Part shown: positions 9,035 through 18,638 of the stretch, in pieces | How the letters are laid out: every line of letters starts with the position of its first letter | Numbering within the stretch: position 1 is the first letter of the stretch | NCBI GenBank assembly: GCA_050246815.1 | Contig: JBFWVI010000036.1 | Coordinates: forward strand, 1-34,284 | DNA length: 34,284 nt | From: Bdellovibrionales bacterium | GTDB lineage: Bacteria; Bdellovibrionota; Bdellovibrionia; Bdellovibrionales; UBA1609 | Direction of reading: 5' to 3' | The notes under the pieces: generated by a model | What the model was told of the DNA's origin: nothing | Database searches by the model: none | What the model saw: the letters and a program-made list of their open reading frames with translations, nothing else | Made by a program: the position numbers and the translations under genes

Positions 9035-9768
9035 GTTTGAATCAAGGCGAGATGCTTTATGAAGGCAAAGCAAAAATAATCTATCGTTTAAAAGACAAGC
9101 CGGATTGTGTACTGGTCGAATACAAAGACTCTTTAACTGCATTTAACGCGCAGAAAAAAGGCGAATTCAAGGCGAAGGGCGAATTGAATCGCAATATTGC
9201 CACTTTAATTTTTAAATATTTGGGCCGCCAGGGTGTGAAACATCACTGGGTTGAAGATGTGGGCCCGCGCGCCATGATCTGCCGCGAAGTCAAGATCGTG
9301 CCGCTGGAAGTGGTGGTGCGCAATCGTTTGGCGGGCTCAACCGCGAAAAAATTCAACATCGAAGAGGGGGTGGCTTTGCCCGCGCCGTTGGTTGAGTTTT
9401 ATTTCAAAGACGACGCCTTGGGGGATCCTTTTTTGTCCGATGACCAGGCCTTGATGCTGAAGGCGGTGGGCAGCCGTGCTGAGCTGGATCAATTGCGCGA
9501 GCAGGCTTTGCTTGTGAATCGCAATTTGAAAACGTTGTTCAGTGAAATCGGCATTGATTTGATCGATTTTAAAATTGAGTTTGGGCGCACCCTCAAAGGG
9601 GAGTTGCTTTTGGCCGATGAAATCACGCCGGATTGCTGTCGGCTGTGGGACATGAAAACCGGCGAAAAAATGGACAAAGATCGATTTCGTCGAGATCTGG
9701 GCAATGTGGAAGAGAGTTACCGAGAAGTGTGGCAACGCTTACAAAAACGCTGGGAGAATGAGTTATGA
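9031..9768 (+). CDS. purC: SAICAR synthetase
   Basis: LYEGKAKIIY, PLEVVVRN, DFKIEFG, LADEITPDCCRLWD, DKDRFRRDLG. ATGA overlap with purB, GGAGG at 9017-9021. Confidence 0.96.
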   Translation: MSLNQGEMLYEGKAKIIYRLKDKPDCVLVEYKDSLTAFNAQKKGEFKAKGELNRNIATLIFKYLGRQGVKHHWVEDVGPRAMICREVKIVPLEVVVRNRLAGSTAKKFNIEEGVALPAPLVEFYFKDDALGDPFLSDDQALMLKAVGSRAELDQLREQALLVNRNLKTLFSEIGIDLIDFKIEFGRTLKGELLLADEITPDCCRLWDMKTGEKMDKDRFRRDLGNVEESYREVWQRLQKRWENEL

Positions 9769-10004
9769 AAATTGGCGTCAAGGTTTTACCGCGTCCGGAA
9801 GTGTTGGATAGCCAAGGACGTGCCGTGGCTCAAACTTTGAACGAACACGGTCGCCCTGTCAGTCAGTGTCGAGTCGGCAAATACATTGAACTGGAGCTGG
9901 ATGCCAGTGACAAAGAGGCGGCCTTGAAGCAGGCTCGTGAGTTGGCCGAATTCGTTTTGTACAATCCGCTGATTGAAACTTTCGAATTGGAAGTGGTGGG
10001 CTAG
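9765..10004 (+). CDS. purS: FGAM synthase subunit PurS
   Basis: 79 aa with VLDSQGRAV, RVGKYIEL and LYNPLIETF, located between purC and purQ. Confidence 0.93.
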   Translation: MKIGVKVLPRPEVLDSQGRAVAQTLNEHGRPVSQCRVGKYIELELDASDKEAALKQARELAEFVLYNPLIETFELEVVG

Positions 10005-10007
10005 AGC

Positions 10008-10661
10008 ATGAAAGCCAAAGTGGGGATCACTCGCTTTCCTGGTACCAACTGCGATAGCGATGTGTTTGAAGCTGTTAAATCGGTAGGCTTGGAGCCGGTG
10101 TGGCTGTGGCATGCGGATCGCTTTGAGGTGAATTCGGTGTCGGCCGTGGTGATCCCTGGCGGATTTAGTTACGGCGATTATTTGCGTTGTGGTGCATTGG
10201 CCGCCAAAGCGCAGGTGATGCAGTCGGTGCGCGAGTTGGCCAAAAATGGCAGGCCCGTCTTGGGGATTTGCAATGGGTTTCAGATTTTGTGTGAAAGTGG
10301 CTTGCTGCCCGGAGTTTTGGTGCGCAACCAAAACCGCCGCTTTATTGATCAGTGGGTCGAGCTTCGCCTGGTGCAGCCGTGCAAAAAGTTTGGGCCCGAA
10401 TCAAGCGGAGTGAAGGCACGTTTGCCGGTCGCTCACGGTGAAGGCTGCTTTCAGGTCGATGAAGACGTCCGTAAAAAACTAGAAGATCGTGGCCAAGTCT
10501 GGTGGACCTATTTTGACGATATCAATGGGTCTGTCGGCAAAATTGCCGGCGTGATGAATGAAGCAAAAAATGTGGCGGGTCTGATGCCGCACCCAGAGCG
10601 TGCGATGAGCGCATGGATGGGTGGCACTGATGGCCGTGGATTTTTTACGACCTTACTTTAA
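10008..10661 (+). CDS. purQ: FGAM synthase glutaminase subunit PurQ
   Basis: FPGTNCD, PGGFSYGDYLR, GICNGFQIL, AHGEG, MPHPER. Confidence 0.96.
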   Translation: MKAKVGITRFPGTNCDSDVFEAVKSVGLEPVWLWHADRFEVNSVSAVVIPGGFSYGDYLRCGALAAKAQVMQSVRELAKNGRPVLGICNGFQILCESGLLPGVLVRNQNRRFIDQWVELRLVQPCKKFGPESSGVKARLPVAHGEGCFQVDEDVRKKLEDRGQVWWTYFDDINGSVGKIAGVMNEAKNVAGLMPHPERAMSAWMGGTDGRGFFTTLL

Positions 10662-10676
10662 AGGCGGGGCTTAAAA

Positions 10677-12866
10677 GTGGAATTGAATGCAAAATTAAAA
10701 CAATACCGCTTAAGTCAGGGCGAATATCAGCGCATCTGCGGGCTTTTGGGACGCGAACCCCAAGGAGTCGAATGGGCACTGTTTTCGGCCATGTGGAGCG
10801 AGCATTGCAGCTACAAGTCCTCCCGGATGCACTTGAAGAAATTTAAATTTAAATCAAGCCGCGTTTTGCAAAGTATGGGCGAAAACGCAGGAGTGATTGA
10901 TCTTGGCCAAGACGAGCGAGTGGCCTTTAAAATGGAAAGTCACAATCACCCAAGCTTCATCGAACCCTATCAGGGAGCGGCCACAGGGGTGGGTGGAATA
11001 TTGCGCGATATTTTCACCATGGGCGCGCGTCCGATTGCCTCGGCCAACTACCTTTGCTTTGGCGAAGTGAATGCTCCCCGCATGTCACAGTTGGTGGATG
11101 GAGTGGTGCGTGGCATTTCGGGGTACGGCAACTGTGTTGGTGTCCCCACAGTGACGGGCCAAGTTGAATTTCACTCAAGCTACAACAGCAATATTTTGGT
11201 GAATGCATTGGCTTTGGGCTTGTTCCGTCCTGGTGAGCCGATCGTGACTTCCAATGCGAAAGGCGTCGGCAACTGGGTCGTCTATGTGGGAGCCAAGACG
11301 GGGCGCGATGGCATTCATGGCGCCAGCATGGCGTCTGAGGCCTTTGATGAAGGCAGTGCTTCAAAACGGCCAACGGTGCAAATTGGCGATCCCTTTTACG
11401 AAAAACTTTTGATCGAAAGCTGCATCGAAGTGATGCAAGCAGGTTTGGTTGTCGCCATTCAAGACATGGGTGCTGCAGGGTTGACCTCGTCAAGCTTTGA
11501 AATGGCGGCCAAGGGCAATGTGGGTTTGAAGCTTGAGCTGGACCGTGTTCCTTTGCGCGACCGAACTCTGACGCCTGAGGATATTTTACTGTCAGAAAGC
11601 CAAGAGAGGATGCTCTTGGTATGTGAGCCGGGAAAATTCACCCAATTAAAATCTGTTTTTGAGCGTTGGGGTTTGGATGCGGCCGTGGTGGGTGAAATTT
11701 TGCCTGGTCGCGAAGTGGAGCTTTGGTGGCGGGGCGAACGCATCGCCAAAATGGATCCCAAGATGTTGGCGGACGAAGCACCTGTTTACGATCGACCTTA
11801 TCGCCCCTGGAAGCCGCAAAACCGTGTCAACCAAGCTCGGTCTGTGGTGGTGGAGGAAGGCGATGGTGCGGAAACTTTACTGCAGATCCTGCGCGATCCG
11901 CGCGGTGGCTCACGTCGCTGGGTGTACCGCCAATATGATCAACGTGTGGGTGCGAAGACTGTGCGGGATGCGACCGAAAGTGTGGCGGTGTTAAGGTTGC
12001 CCGATTCAGGCCGAGGTCTTGGCCTGGTGCTGGGATGTCGTCCTTACGTCATGCGCTTTGATGCTTTTGAGGGGGGGCTTGATGCTTTGTTTTACCCCGC
12101 TCTTGAATTGGCGGCGAAGGGCTTCCAGCCTTTGGCTGTGACGGACTGTTTGAATTTCGGCAACCCCGAAAAGCAAGAGATTATGAGTGAATTTGTGGCG
12201 GCGGTGGAAGGTTTGGCCAAAGCGGCCGAAACGTTGGAAGCCCCTGTAATTAGCGGCAACGTTAGTTTTTACAACGAGACCTTGAATAAAAATATAACTT
12301 CGACTCCGGCCACAGGCGTGGTGGGTTTGCGCGACAAAATTGAGAATATGCCGGTGTCACACTTCACTCGTTCTGGCGATGAAATCATGTTGGTGCGTGC
12401 GCCGATGTTGACCATCTCGGGGCTTGAAGCCGAGCGAGTGAACCGGCAAGTGCTGGGGCATGGCGCGATCAAAGCCGAACGCGCCCAAGCTTTAGTGCAA
12501 GTGTTAAGAACTTTGACTCAAGATGATGCTGTGGTGGGCTCTCGTGTGGTCGGTAAGTTTGGTTTGGGTTATGCCTTGGCGCGGATGAGCATGGCGGGTG
12601 GTATCGGCGCACAATTGAAAGTGCATGCGGAGCGACCACTGTTCGCCGAAACCTTGTATGAAGTGATTTTGGTTGTGCCCACGGCACAAGTCGCCCGCGT
12701 GCGTTCGGCTGTGCGGGCGCATGCGGCGCTGGACTTGGAACTGGAACATCTGGGCACCACTGGCGGAACCGATTTGGATATCGGCGGCCGTTTGAAATTG
12801 CCCGTGAAAACGATGAAGGCGGCTTACGATGGCTCTTGGGAGGAAAACTTTGCGAGCTTGGCATGA
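10677..12866 (+). CDS. purL: FGAM synthase subunit PurL (small type)
   Basis: [64 protein letters not shown]. Confidence 0.97.
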   Translation: MELNAKLKQYRLSQGEYQRICGLLGREPQGVEWALFSAMWSEHCSYKSSRMHLKKFKFKSSRVLQSMGENAGVIDLGQDERVAFKMESHNHPSFIEPYQGAATGVGGILRDIFTMGARPIASANYLCFGEVNAPRMSQLVDGVVRGISGYGNCVGVPTVTGQVEFHSSYNSNILVNALALGLFRPGEPIVTSNAKGVGNWVVYVGAKTGRDGIHGASMASEAFDEGSASKRPTVQIGDPFYEKLLIESCIEVMQAGLVVAIQDMGAAGLTSSSFEMAAKGNVGLKLELDRVPLRDRTLTPEDILLSESQERMLLVCEPGKFTQLKSVFERWGLDAAVVGEILPGREVELWWRGERIAKMDPKMLADEAPVYDRPYRPWKPQNRVNQARSVVVEEGDGAETLLQILRDPRGGSRRWVYRQYDQRVGAKTVRDATESVAVLRLPDSGRGLGLVLGCRPYVMRFDAFEGGLDALFYPALELAAKGFQPLAVTDCLNFGNPEKQEIMSEFVAAVEGLAKAAETLEAPVISGNVSFYNETLNKNITSTPATGVVGLRDKIENMPVSHFTRSGDEIMLVRAPMLTISGLEAERVNRQVLGHGAIKAERAQALVQVLRTLTQDDAVVGSRVVGKFGLGYALARMSMAGGIGAQLKVHAERPLFAETLYEVILVVPTAQVARVRSAVRAHAALDLELEHLGTTGGTDLDIGGRLKLPVKTMKAAYDGSWEENFASLA

Positions 12867-14271
12867 CAAATGCGCCGTCTTTGGCGTGTGGAATGATCCG
12901 GAAGCCGCGCGTATTGCGTATTTAGGGCTCTATGCCCAACAGCATCGGGGCCAGGAATCCGCGGGCATTGTCACTTTAAACAGCGGCAAACACATTATTC
13001 ACAAAGGCATGGGCTTAGTGGGCGATGTTTTTGGCGCCGAAGCGCTAGATCGTCTGACCGGCCATGCGGCCATTGGCCACACACGTTATTCCACCACGGG
13101 GGCATCCACTCAGCACAACATTCAGCCGCTGACGGCGGGGTTGTTGTCGGGCCCACTTGCCATTGCCCACAATGGAAACTTAGTCAATGCAGCGCCAGTG
13201 CGTGAACGTTTGCAAAAAGATGGCGCGATTTTTCATGGCACCAATGACACCGAGGCTGTTTTGCACTTACTGGCCCGCAACCCAAGTCGCGACATTATTC
13301 AATGTCTGCAAGAAGCTGCAACGCAAGTGGTGGGAGCCTATAGTTTTGCGATTTTGGCTCATGATCGTCTGATCGCCATGCGCGATCCGTTGGGCTTTCG
13401 CCCCTTGGTTTTGGGCAAGCGTCAGATTGAAGGTTTTGGCGAATCTTGGGTGGTGGCATCAGAAACTTGTGCCTTTGATTTGATCGGTGCGCAGTTCGTT
13501 CGTGAAATAGAACCTGGCGAAATCTGGTGGGCCGATGGCCAAGGCCAGCACTCAGTACACATGCCGGCGCAGAAAAAAATCGTTGATGCATCCGGAACTC
13601 CCCGAAAATTGGCGAAATGTGTTTTCGAACAGGTTTATTTTGCACGGCCGGACTCTAATGTCTTCGGCTTAAGCGTCTACGAAAGTCGTAAACGCATGGG
13701 TGAGATTTTGGCGCAAGAAAGCGGAGTTGACGCCGACATGGTGGTGCCGGTGCCTGACAGCGGCGTGCCAGCGGCCATTGGCTACGCCAAAGAAAGCGGG
13801 CTGCCCTTTGAGTTGGGGATTATCCGCAACCACTATATTGGCCGTACGTTTATTCAGCCCAGCCAATCAATTCGCAGCTTTGGTGTAAAAATCAAGCTGA
13901 ACCCGCAAACCGAAGTTTTAAAGGGCCGGCGGGTGGTCGTGATCGACGATTCGTTGGTGCGCGGAACAACCTCGCAAAAAATTATTCGTTTAATCCGCCA
14001 GGCCGGAGCAAAAGAGGTTCACTTTCGATTGGCTTCGCCGCCCACCACGGGGCCTTGTTTTTACGGGGTGGACACACCTCGTAAATCCCAATTGATCGCG
14101 GCCCAGCAGTCGCAGGATCAAATCCGTCAGTTTATTGGTGCCGACTCTTTGGCCTATCTGTCCATAGAGGGTATGATGAAGGCCGTTAAGGGCGACCATC
14201 ATCAGTTTTGCGCGGCATGTTTTGACGGTAAGTACCCAACCGAGCTGTTTGGCTTGGACCAAGAGCTTTAA
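12850..14271 (+). CDS. purF: Amidophosphoribosyltransferase
   Basis: CAVFG nucleophile, [32 protein letters not shown], and Fe-S cysteines ([18 protein letters not shown]). Likely TTG start at 12850 after GGAGG, giving a short propeptide MRAWHDK. Confidence 0.96.
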   Translation: MRAWHDKCAVFGVWNDPEAARIAYLGLYAQQHRGQESAGIVTLNSGKHIIHKGMGLVGDVFGAEALDRLTGHAAIGHTRYSTTGASTQHNIQPLTAGLLSGPLAIAHNGNLVNAAPVRERLQKDGAIFHGTNDTEAVLHLLARNPSRDIIQCLQEAATQVVGAYSFAILAHDRLIAMRDPLGFRPLVLGKRQIEGFGESWVVASETCAFDLIGAQFVREIEPGEIWWADGQGQHSVHMPAQKKIVDASGTPRKLAKCVFEQVYFARPDSNVFGLSVYESRKRMGEILAQESGVDADMVVPVPDSGVPAAIGYAKESGLPFELGIIRNHYIGRTFIQPSQSIRSFGVKIKLNPQTEVLKGRRVVVIDDSLVRGTTSQKIIRLIRQAGAKEVHFRLASPPTTGPCFYGVDTPRKSQLIAAQQSQDQIRQFIGADSLAYLSIEGMMKAVKGDHHQFCAACFDGKYPTELFGLDQEL

Positions 14272-14274
14272 CTG

Positions 14275-15954
14275 ATGAGACGATTCTGGGCGCTACTCTT
14301 TTTATTGATCGCTGCGCCGGTGTGGGGTTTAGAGCTTCAAGGAGTGGTGACCGACAAATGTCGCGTGATTGTGGGTTTGCCGATCAATGTGGACAGCGAG
14401 GTCTTAACGCTCCTGGATTTAGATGGTCGTGCAGTCAGTATCTCTCGTGTCGATGTAGATTCGGTGGCCATTTATAACGTCCTCGAGAATCCTTTTGGCT
14501 CATTAAGCATCAACGAAAAATCTTTAAGCTATTTGCGAGAACTATATCTGGACGACGGCGAAAAGCCTGACAGCCTTGTTTTTGCTGTGCGTTTCATTGA
14601 GGATCTGGTGATCTTTATGTCTTTGGACGGACAAAGCCACGTGCACAGCCAAAAAGACATCGATCGTTTGCGCCCGGCTTCGACCCAAAATTTGGGCGTA
14701 CGTCGTCTGAATCGCGGTAAGCACCTGCGTTTCAGCTTTCCCGAAGGGTCCGAGCGTTGCCCAGGTTTAGTTGGTGCAGTGGAATTCGTATCCGAAGAAG
14801 ATAAGGCTCAGCGTGAAATTAGCTCGCAGAAGAAGTCAGCAAAGACGAAAGCAAAGTCTTCAGCGCAAAAATCGGTGTCGCTGAAGTCCGTGCCACCAGG
14901 TGAAGATATACCCTACACAGGCGGAGTTGAAGCTGTTCGCCCCACCCGCGTTTTATCCGACAAGATTAGCATCTCTGAACTTTATGACAGTTTCGCTCGA
15001 GGCTACGACGCTTTAGACAGTTTTCAGGAGCGGACATATCTTTACGCCAAACCGTTTTTGTATCCAAAAGAATCCCGTTTGGGTTTGATCCTGGCCAACA
15101 GCAAAAAAGAAGAGGCGGGATTACAGTTCCCCATTTATTTCCAGTGGTCTTCAGGAGAGCCTTATCGCTTTCAAAGTTTTAACGTCTTCGGCGGCAAGCC
15201 CAACGAATTTTTGCCCAATGCTGAACCTGTGTTCGCGATTCGATCCGATGTTAAATCCCACGTCTTTCACGGTCTATTTGTCGGCAACATCATGGGCATG
15301 CCGGCGGGCGAATCAATATTTTTAGAAGGCGCAACAGCGGATATTTTGAAAAAATCGGTCACGGTTCAACCCAGCTACAACTATTTGGCGATGATGGGTG
15401 GGGATTATGGGCCTTACTCCTTGTCGGTGGGGTTCTTTTATCCCACCTTCGGTATTCGCGTTGGCAATCAGCAGCGCGAAGTTTTGGGTAGTTCGTTGAC
15501 CTATGCGGTACGGGCCATGTACACCACTCGTCGATTCCGCCTACGCGCCATCACCAGCTTGACCGAATATGATCGCAATCAAGCCAGCAAAGAAGACGTA
15601 TTGGTGATGGTGAATGGCCAGGAAGACACTTCACCCTCTTCGTTTGAATTTCGCTCGTTCTTTTTGCGTCCAGGCGTCGACTACAACTTCACGGATGAAT
15701 TAAAAGTCGGAGCGGATTTTATTCTTGTGGATGGCTCATACAAAGAAGTGCGGGGCGGCCTTGGCAGCGACATTGGCTTTCGTCGCATGACCACGCAATT
15801 TTCTGTGCAGCAGAGTTTTGGCGATTACATCACCTTAATCGGCTATGTCGATCTTTTGCGCCATGCCTATGATGCCAATTTCGCGGGTGAAGCCGGTGGC
15901 GACAAAGAGCTGACCGAGACTAAATTTTTTGGGACACTGGAGTTTGTATTTTGA
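14275..15954 (+). CDS. Secreted/outer-membrane hypothetical protein (paralog A)
   Basis: Signal peptide MRRFWALLFLLIAAPVWG, C-terminal amphipathic strands, ends LEFVF, homologous to the next ORF. Confidence 0.75.
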   Translation: MRRFWALLFLLIAAPVWGLELQGVVTDKCRVIVGLPINVDSEVLTLLDLDGRAVSISRVDVDSVAIYNVLENPFGSLSINEKSLSYLRELYLDDGEKPDSLVFAVRFIEDLVIFMSLDGQSHVHSQKDIDRLRPASTQNLGVRRLNRGKHLRFSFPEGSERCPGLVGAVEFVSEEDKAQREISSQKKSAKTKAKSSAQKSVSLKSVPPGEDIPYTGGVEAVRPTRVLSDKISISELYDSFARGYDALDSFQERTYLYAKPFLYPKESRLGLILANSKKEEAGLQFPIYFQWSSGEPYRFQSFNVFGGKPNEFLPNAEPVFAIRSDVKSHVFHGLFVGNIMGMPAGESIFLEGATADILKKSVTVQPSYNYLAMMGGDYGPYSLSVGFFYPTFGIRVGNQQREVLGSSLTYAVRAMYTTRRFRLRAITSLTEYDRNQASKEDVLVMVNGQEDTSPSSFEFRSFFLRPGVDYNFTDELKVGADFILVDGSYKEVRGGLGSDIGFRRMTTQFSVQQSFGDYITLIGYVDLLRHAYDANFAGEAGGDKELTETKFFGTLEFVF

Positions 15955-17450
15955 GGCAGACCAAACGTTTAAAGCAACTGAGCTTGATGATTCTGGTTGG
16001 TTTAACCATCAGTTCGCTATGGGTCACTCAGACTCATGCCATCACGGTTCACGCACTTTATACGGCGTCTTGTCAGCGCCACATCGGTATTTTGGTCAGC
16101 GTTAACGATCGACAAGTTCAATTGCTGAATCTTGAGGGGCAAGTCGTGGCGGTGGATCGCTTTGAAGTGATTTATCATGCCACATATCCCCTGGACACGA
16201 TCCCGATCAAAGAGGTCAATCAAAGCGGACAAGCACCGCGCTTTAAGATTTACACCTACCAAGGTGGCGAAATTCGTCATTTGGTCACCGGCTGGCCGGT
16301 GGATTTTAGCCAAGATAAAGTTTCGCTGCTGTCTTTGAGCGGGTCGGAAGTGGTGATCGACCGCACCAGCATTTGGCAAATTGAGATGGATCAAAGCAGC
16401 CAGCGCGCGACTTTTGAGCGCACCAACTTGAGCCAAAGCGAGTTTGTGCACCCTTACGCCTTTGCCAATTGCCCGGTTGCTCCGGGCAAGACCAACAAAC
16501 TTTATCCACAGCAATTGTTAAGTGATCCCATCACAATTAAGCGCGATTTTGATCGTTTGGCCGAGGGGCACCGCGGTCTAAAAAAATATGTAGTGACACA
16601 AAAGTTTTACCCAGTGCCCGAGGTTTACACCAACCAAACGTCGCTTGGCATGTGGTTAATGACCGATTCGCGCTATGGCGCCTCCAGCAACCGCAAAAAC
16701 AACTTCACGCCACTCCTGGTGGATGAGCGCAGCGCCGGCCCCTTTGGTTTTCAAAGCGAGTTCAAGACCGGCAGTGGTCCCATTTTACAAAGCATTCACG
16801 AAGAAACTCAGACTCAAGTGTTTTATCGCTTCAAAGCCGATTACTTTCATATGTCTTTGATGGCCGATCCCAATTTGTTGTTGGTGGGCGGAAAGTACAA
16901 ATGGTCCACCAATGATTTGGACAATGTCGATCTGCGCGCTGTGGAGTCGACGCTTGTAGAGATGGGTTTTGATTATGGCGCATGGGCTTTGGAGCTTTAC
17001 ATCGGCAGCGCGGTCGCGGCCGGCGCGAAATTCGGTACAGAATTTGATCGCGTCAATATGATGCTGAGTCGAGTGGGGCTGCGCTACCAGGCGCCGCGCT
17101 GGCTGTTCAACGTTCAGGGGGGGAGCACCAATCCGGAGTCTTACGGTCTGGCCTTCGCACGTGCCAACTTTGAATGGCAACCAAACAAACGTTGGCGCGG
17201 CATCTTAAGCGTCATTCACCGCCGCATGAAGTATGATGGTTTGGAAGCGTTGAATCGCGCGGACTTCGTGATTAACTCAACATCGGATACCGCGGCGGCG
17301 TACTTCTATGCGCGCTTCAAAAATCGCTACTGGGCGGGCGGCCTATTTTCGCTCGAAAGAGTCACCCTAAAGTCGGGGCTGACCTCCGCCGACAACGAAG
17401 AAAGCAAGCTTTACCCCAAGCTGGGCGCCATGGTTTCACTCAGCTTCTAG
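15951..17450 (+). CDS. Secreted/outer-membrane hypothetical protein (paralog B)
   Basis: Signal peptide ending THA, TTGA overlap with paralog A, C-terminal strands ending VSLSF, motif blocks shared with paralog A. Confidence 0.75.
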   Translation: MRQTKRLKQLSLMILVGLTISSLWVTQTHAITVHALYTASCQRHIGILVSVNDRQVQLLNLEGQVVAVDRFEVIYHATYPLDTIPIKEVNQSGQAPRFKIYTYQGGEIRHLVTGWPVDFSQDKVSLLSLSGSEVVIDRTSIWQIEMDQSSQRATFERTNLSQSEFVHPYAFANCPVAPGKTNKLYPQQLLSDPITIKRDFDRLAEGHRGLKKYVVTQKFYPVPEVYTNQTSLGMWLMTDSRYGASSNRKNNFTPLLVDERSAGPFGFQSEFKTGSGPILQSIHEETQTQVFYRFKADYFHMSLMADPNLLLVGGKYKWSTNDLDNVDLRAVESTLVEMGFDYGAWALELYIGSAVAAGAKFGTEFDRVNMMLSRVGLRYQAPRWLFNVQGGSTNPESYGLAFARANFEWQPNKRWRGILSVIHRRMKYDGLEALNRADFVINSTSDTAAAYFYARFKNRYWAGGLFSLERVTLKSGLTSADNEESKLYPKLGAMVSLSF

Positions 17451-17500
17451 GTTTCGTTCTGCGCTGTTTTTCCAGCCACCATTCTGCCAATCTGACTGGT

Positions 17501-17590
17501 GCTAAGTTCGTCCATCCATGCGAGAGCTGCCTTTGCGCATCCAGCGCAAAAGGGGAAGGATTGAGGCTCGAATTTTGTGGTGGAGGATCT
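17501..17590 (+). repeat. REP-like element copy 1 (CATCC-loop hairpins)
   Basis: GCTAAGTTCG-TCCATCCATGCGA-GAGCTG-CCTTTGCGC-ATCCA-GCGCAAAAGG; inverted relative to copy 2. Confidence 0.65.
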
Positions 17591-17648
17591 TCACAAAGCT
17601 ACTTTTCCCTAGCCAATAGATCTTGCAAAAAAAATCGAAGAAAAAAAG

Positions 17649-17729
17649 AGATACATCTCCTCCGAAAATCTAGCTCGGACCGCCGTGGATGGCGGCCCGA
17701 AAAGCCTTCGCATGGATGGAGAAAGTAGC
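17649..17729 (-). repeat. REP-like element copy 2 (CATCC-loop hairpins)
   Basis: Minus strand reads GCTACTTTC-TCCATCCATGCGA-AGGCTTT-TCGGGCCGCC-ATCCAC-GGCGGTCCGA. 13-bp exact inverted match of 17511-17523 with 17708-17720. Confidence 0.65.
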
Positions 17730-17856
17730 GCATCACGATAGGCTGAATCAAGATGGATCAAAGGGTTTCAAGATCCGGCATAATTTCGTGTCATAACCCA
17801 TTTTTTATTGCCATCTGGTTTGAGTAAAATAATACTGCCCCAATAGGGAAAAATAA

Positions 17857-18390
17857 ATGAAGCAGCAGGAACTCTTTCATACCTCAAAGCGTGCATGGCA
17901 CGGCGGCGGCAAGCGGCTTGGGCGTAGAAAAACGGCTAGACCGCTTGCCGCGCGCAAGTGGATGCACTTGACGCTGAAGTCGGCAAGGGCCGTGGGGGCA
18001 TGGAGTTTTTTGAAGCCCAAGAATAAGAAGCTTGTCAGCCATATCTTGAATTCACGTGCCCGCTCTTTTGGCGTCGAGATCAAAGAATGGGTGAACATGG
18101 GCAATCACCTGCATATTAAGTGCAGATTTCAGACGCGATTGGGGTTTCAGAATTTTTTAAGAACGGTGACGGCATTGATTGCGCGAAAAATCACGGGTGC
18201 TAAAAAGGGCGTCAAGATCGGTTGTTTTTGGCAGGGGTTGGCGTTTACGCGTATTTTGAAAACCCGCCTTGAGGAATTGCAGCTTCGTCATTACTTCAAA
18301 GCGAACCGGCTTGAAAGCGAGCATGGAGTTGTGGCGAGGGAGCAAAAGCTTAAAGAATTTCTACTTTGGGTAAGGCGATTGCCCAGCTGA
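17857..18390 (+). mobile_element. HUH Y1 tyrosine transposase (IS200 TnpA/RAYT-like), stand-alone, no tnpB
   Basis: 177 aa with N-terminal WMHLTLKS, HUH motif MGNHLH, FWQGLAFTRI and the catalytic-Tyr helix LRHYFKAN; flanked by hairpins. Confidence 0.8.
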
Positions 18391-18402
18391 ATGAAGAGCA
18401 TC

Positions 18403-18465
18403 TTTCTGGATGCCCATCTCATAAATGGCCGCCATCCGGCTATTTATGAGATGGGCTCCAGGAAA
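18403..18465. repeat. Long inverted repeat/hairpin downstream of the transposase
   Basis: GCCCATCTCATAAAT (18412-18426) pairs perfectly with ATTTATGAGATGGGC (18442-18456). Inner G.T plus GCCG/CGGC, loop CCATC, outer TGGA/TCCA. No U-tract on either side. Confidence 0.8.
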
Positions 18466-18638
18466 CCTAAAACAGATAGGTCCCGCCGCCAAAAATTGTC
18501 GTGGTGCTGTCGCCGTTCTTAAATCTGACCGCGTTTCGCTCACCATCAAGACTTTTTAAATAATCACGATTCATGCCGACGACACTTGCATATGGTTTTT
18601 GATCGTGGCCCTGTATTTCAAGCCTGCTCTCGGTGACG

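Noticed and set aside
17451..17856. CRISPR array or tRNA in the large intergenic region
   Set aside because: There are no regularly spaced direct repeats, no cas genes and no cloverleaf with a T-loop; the repeats are inverted.
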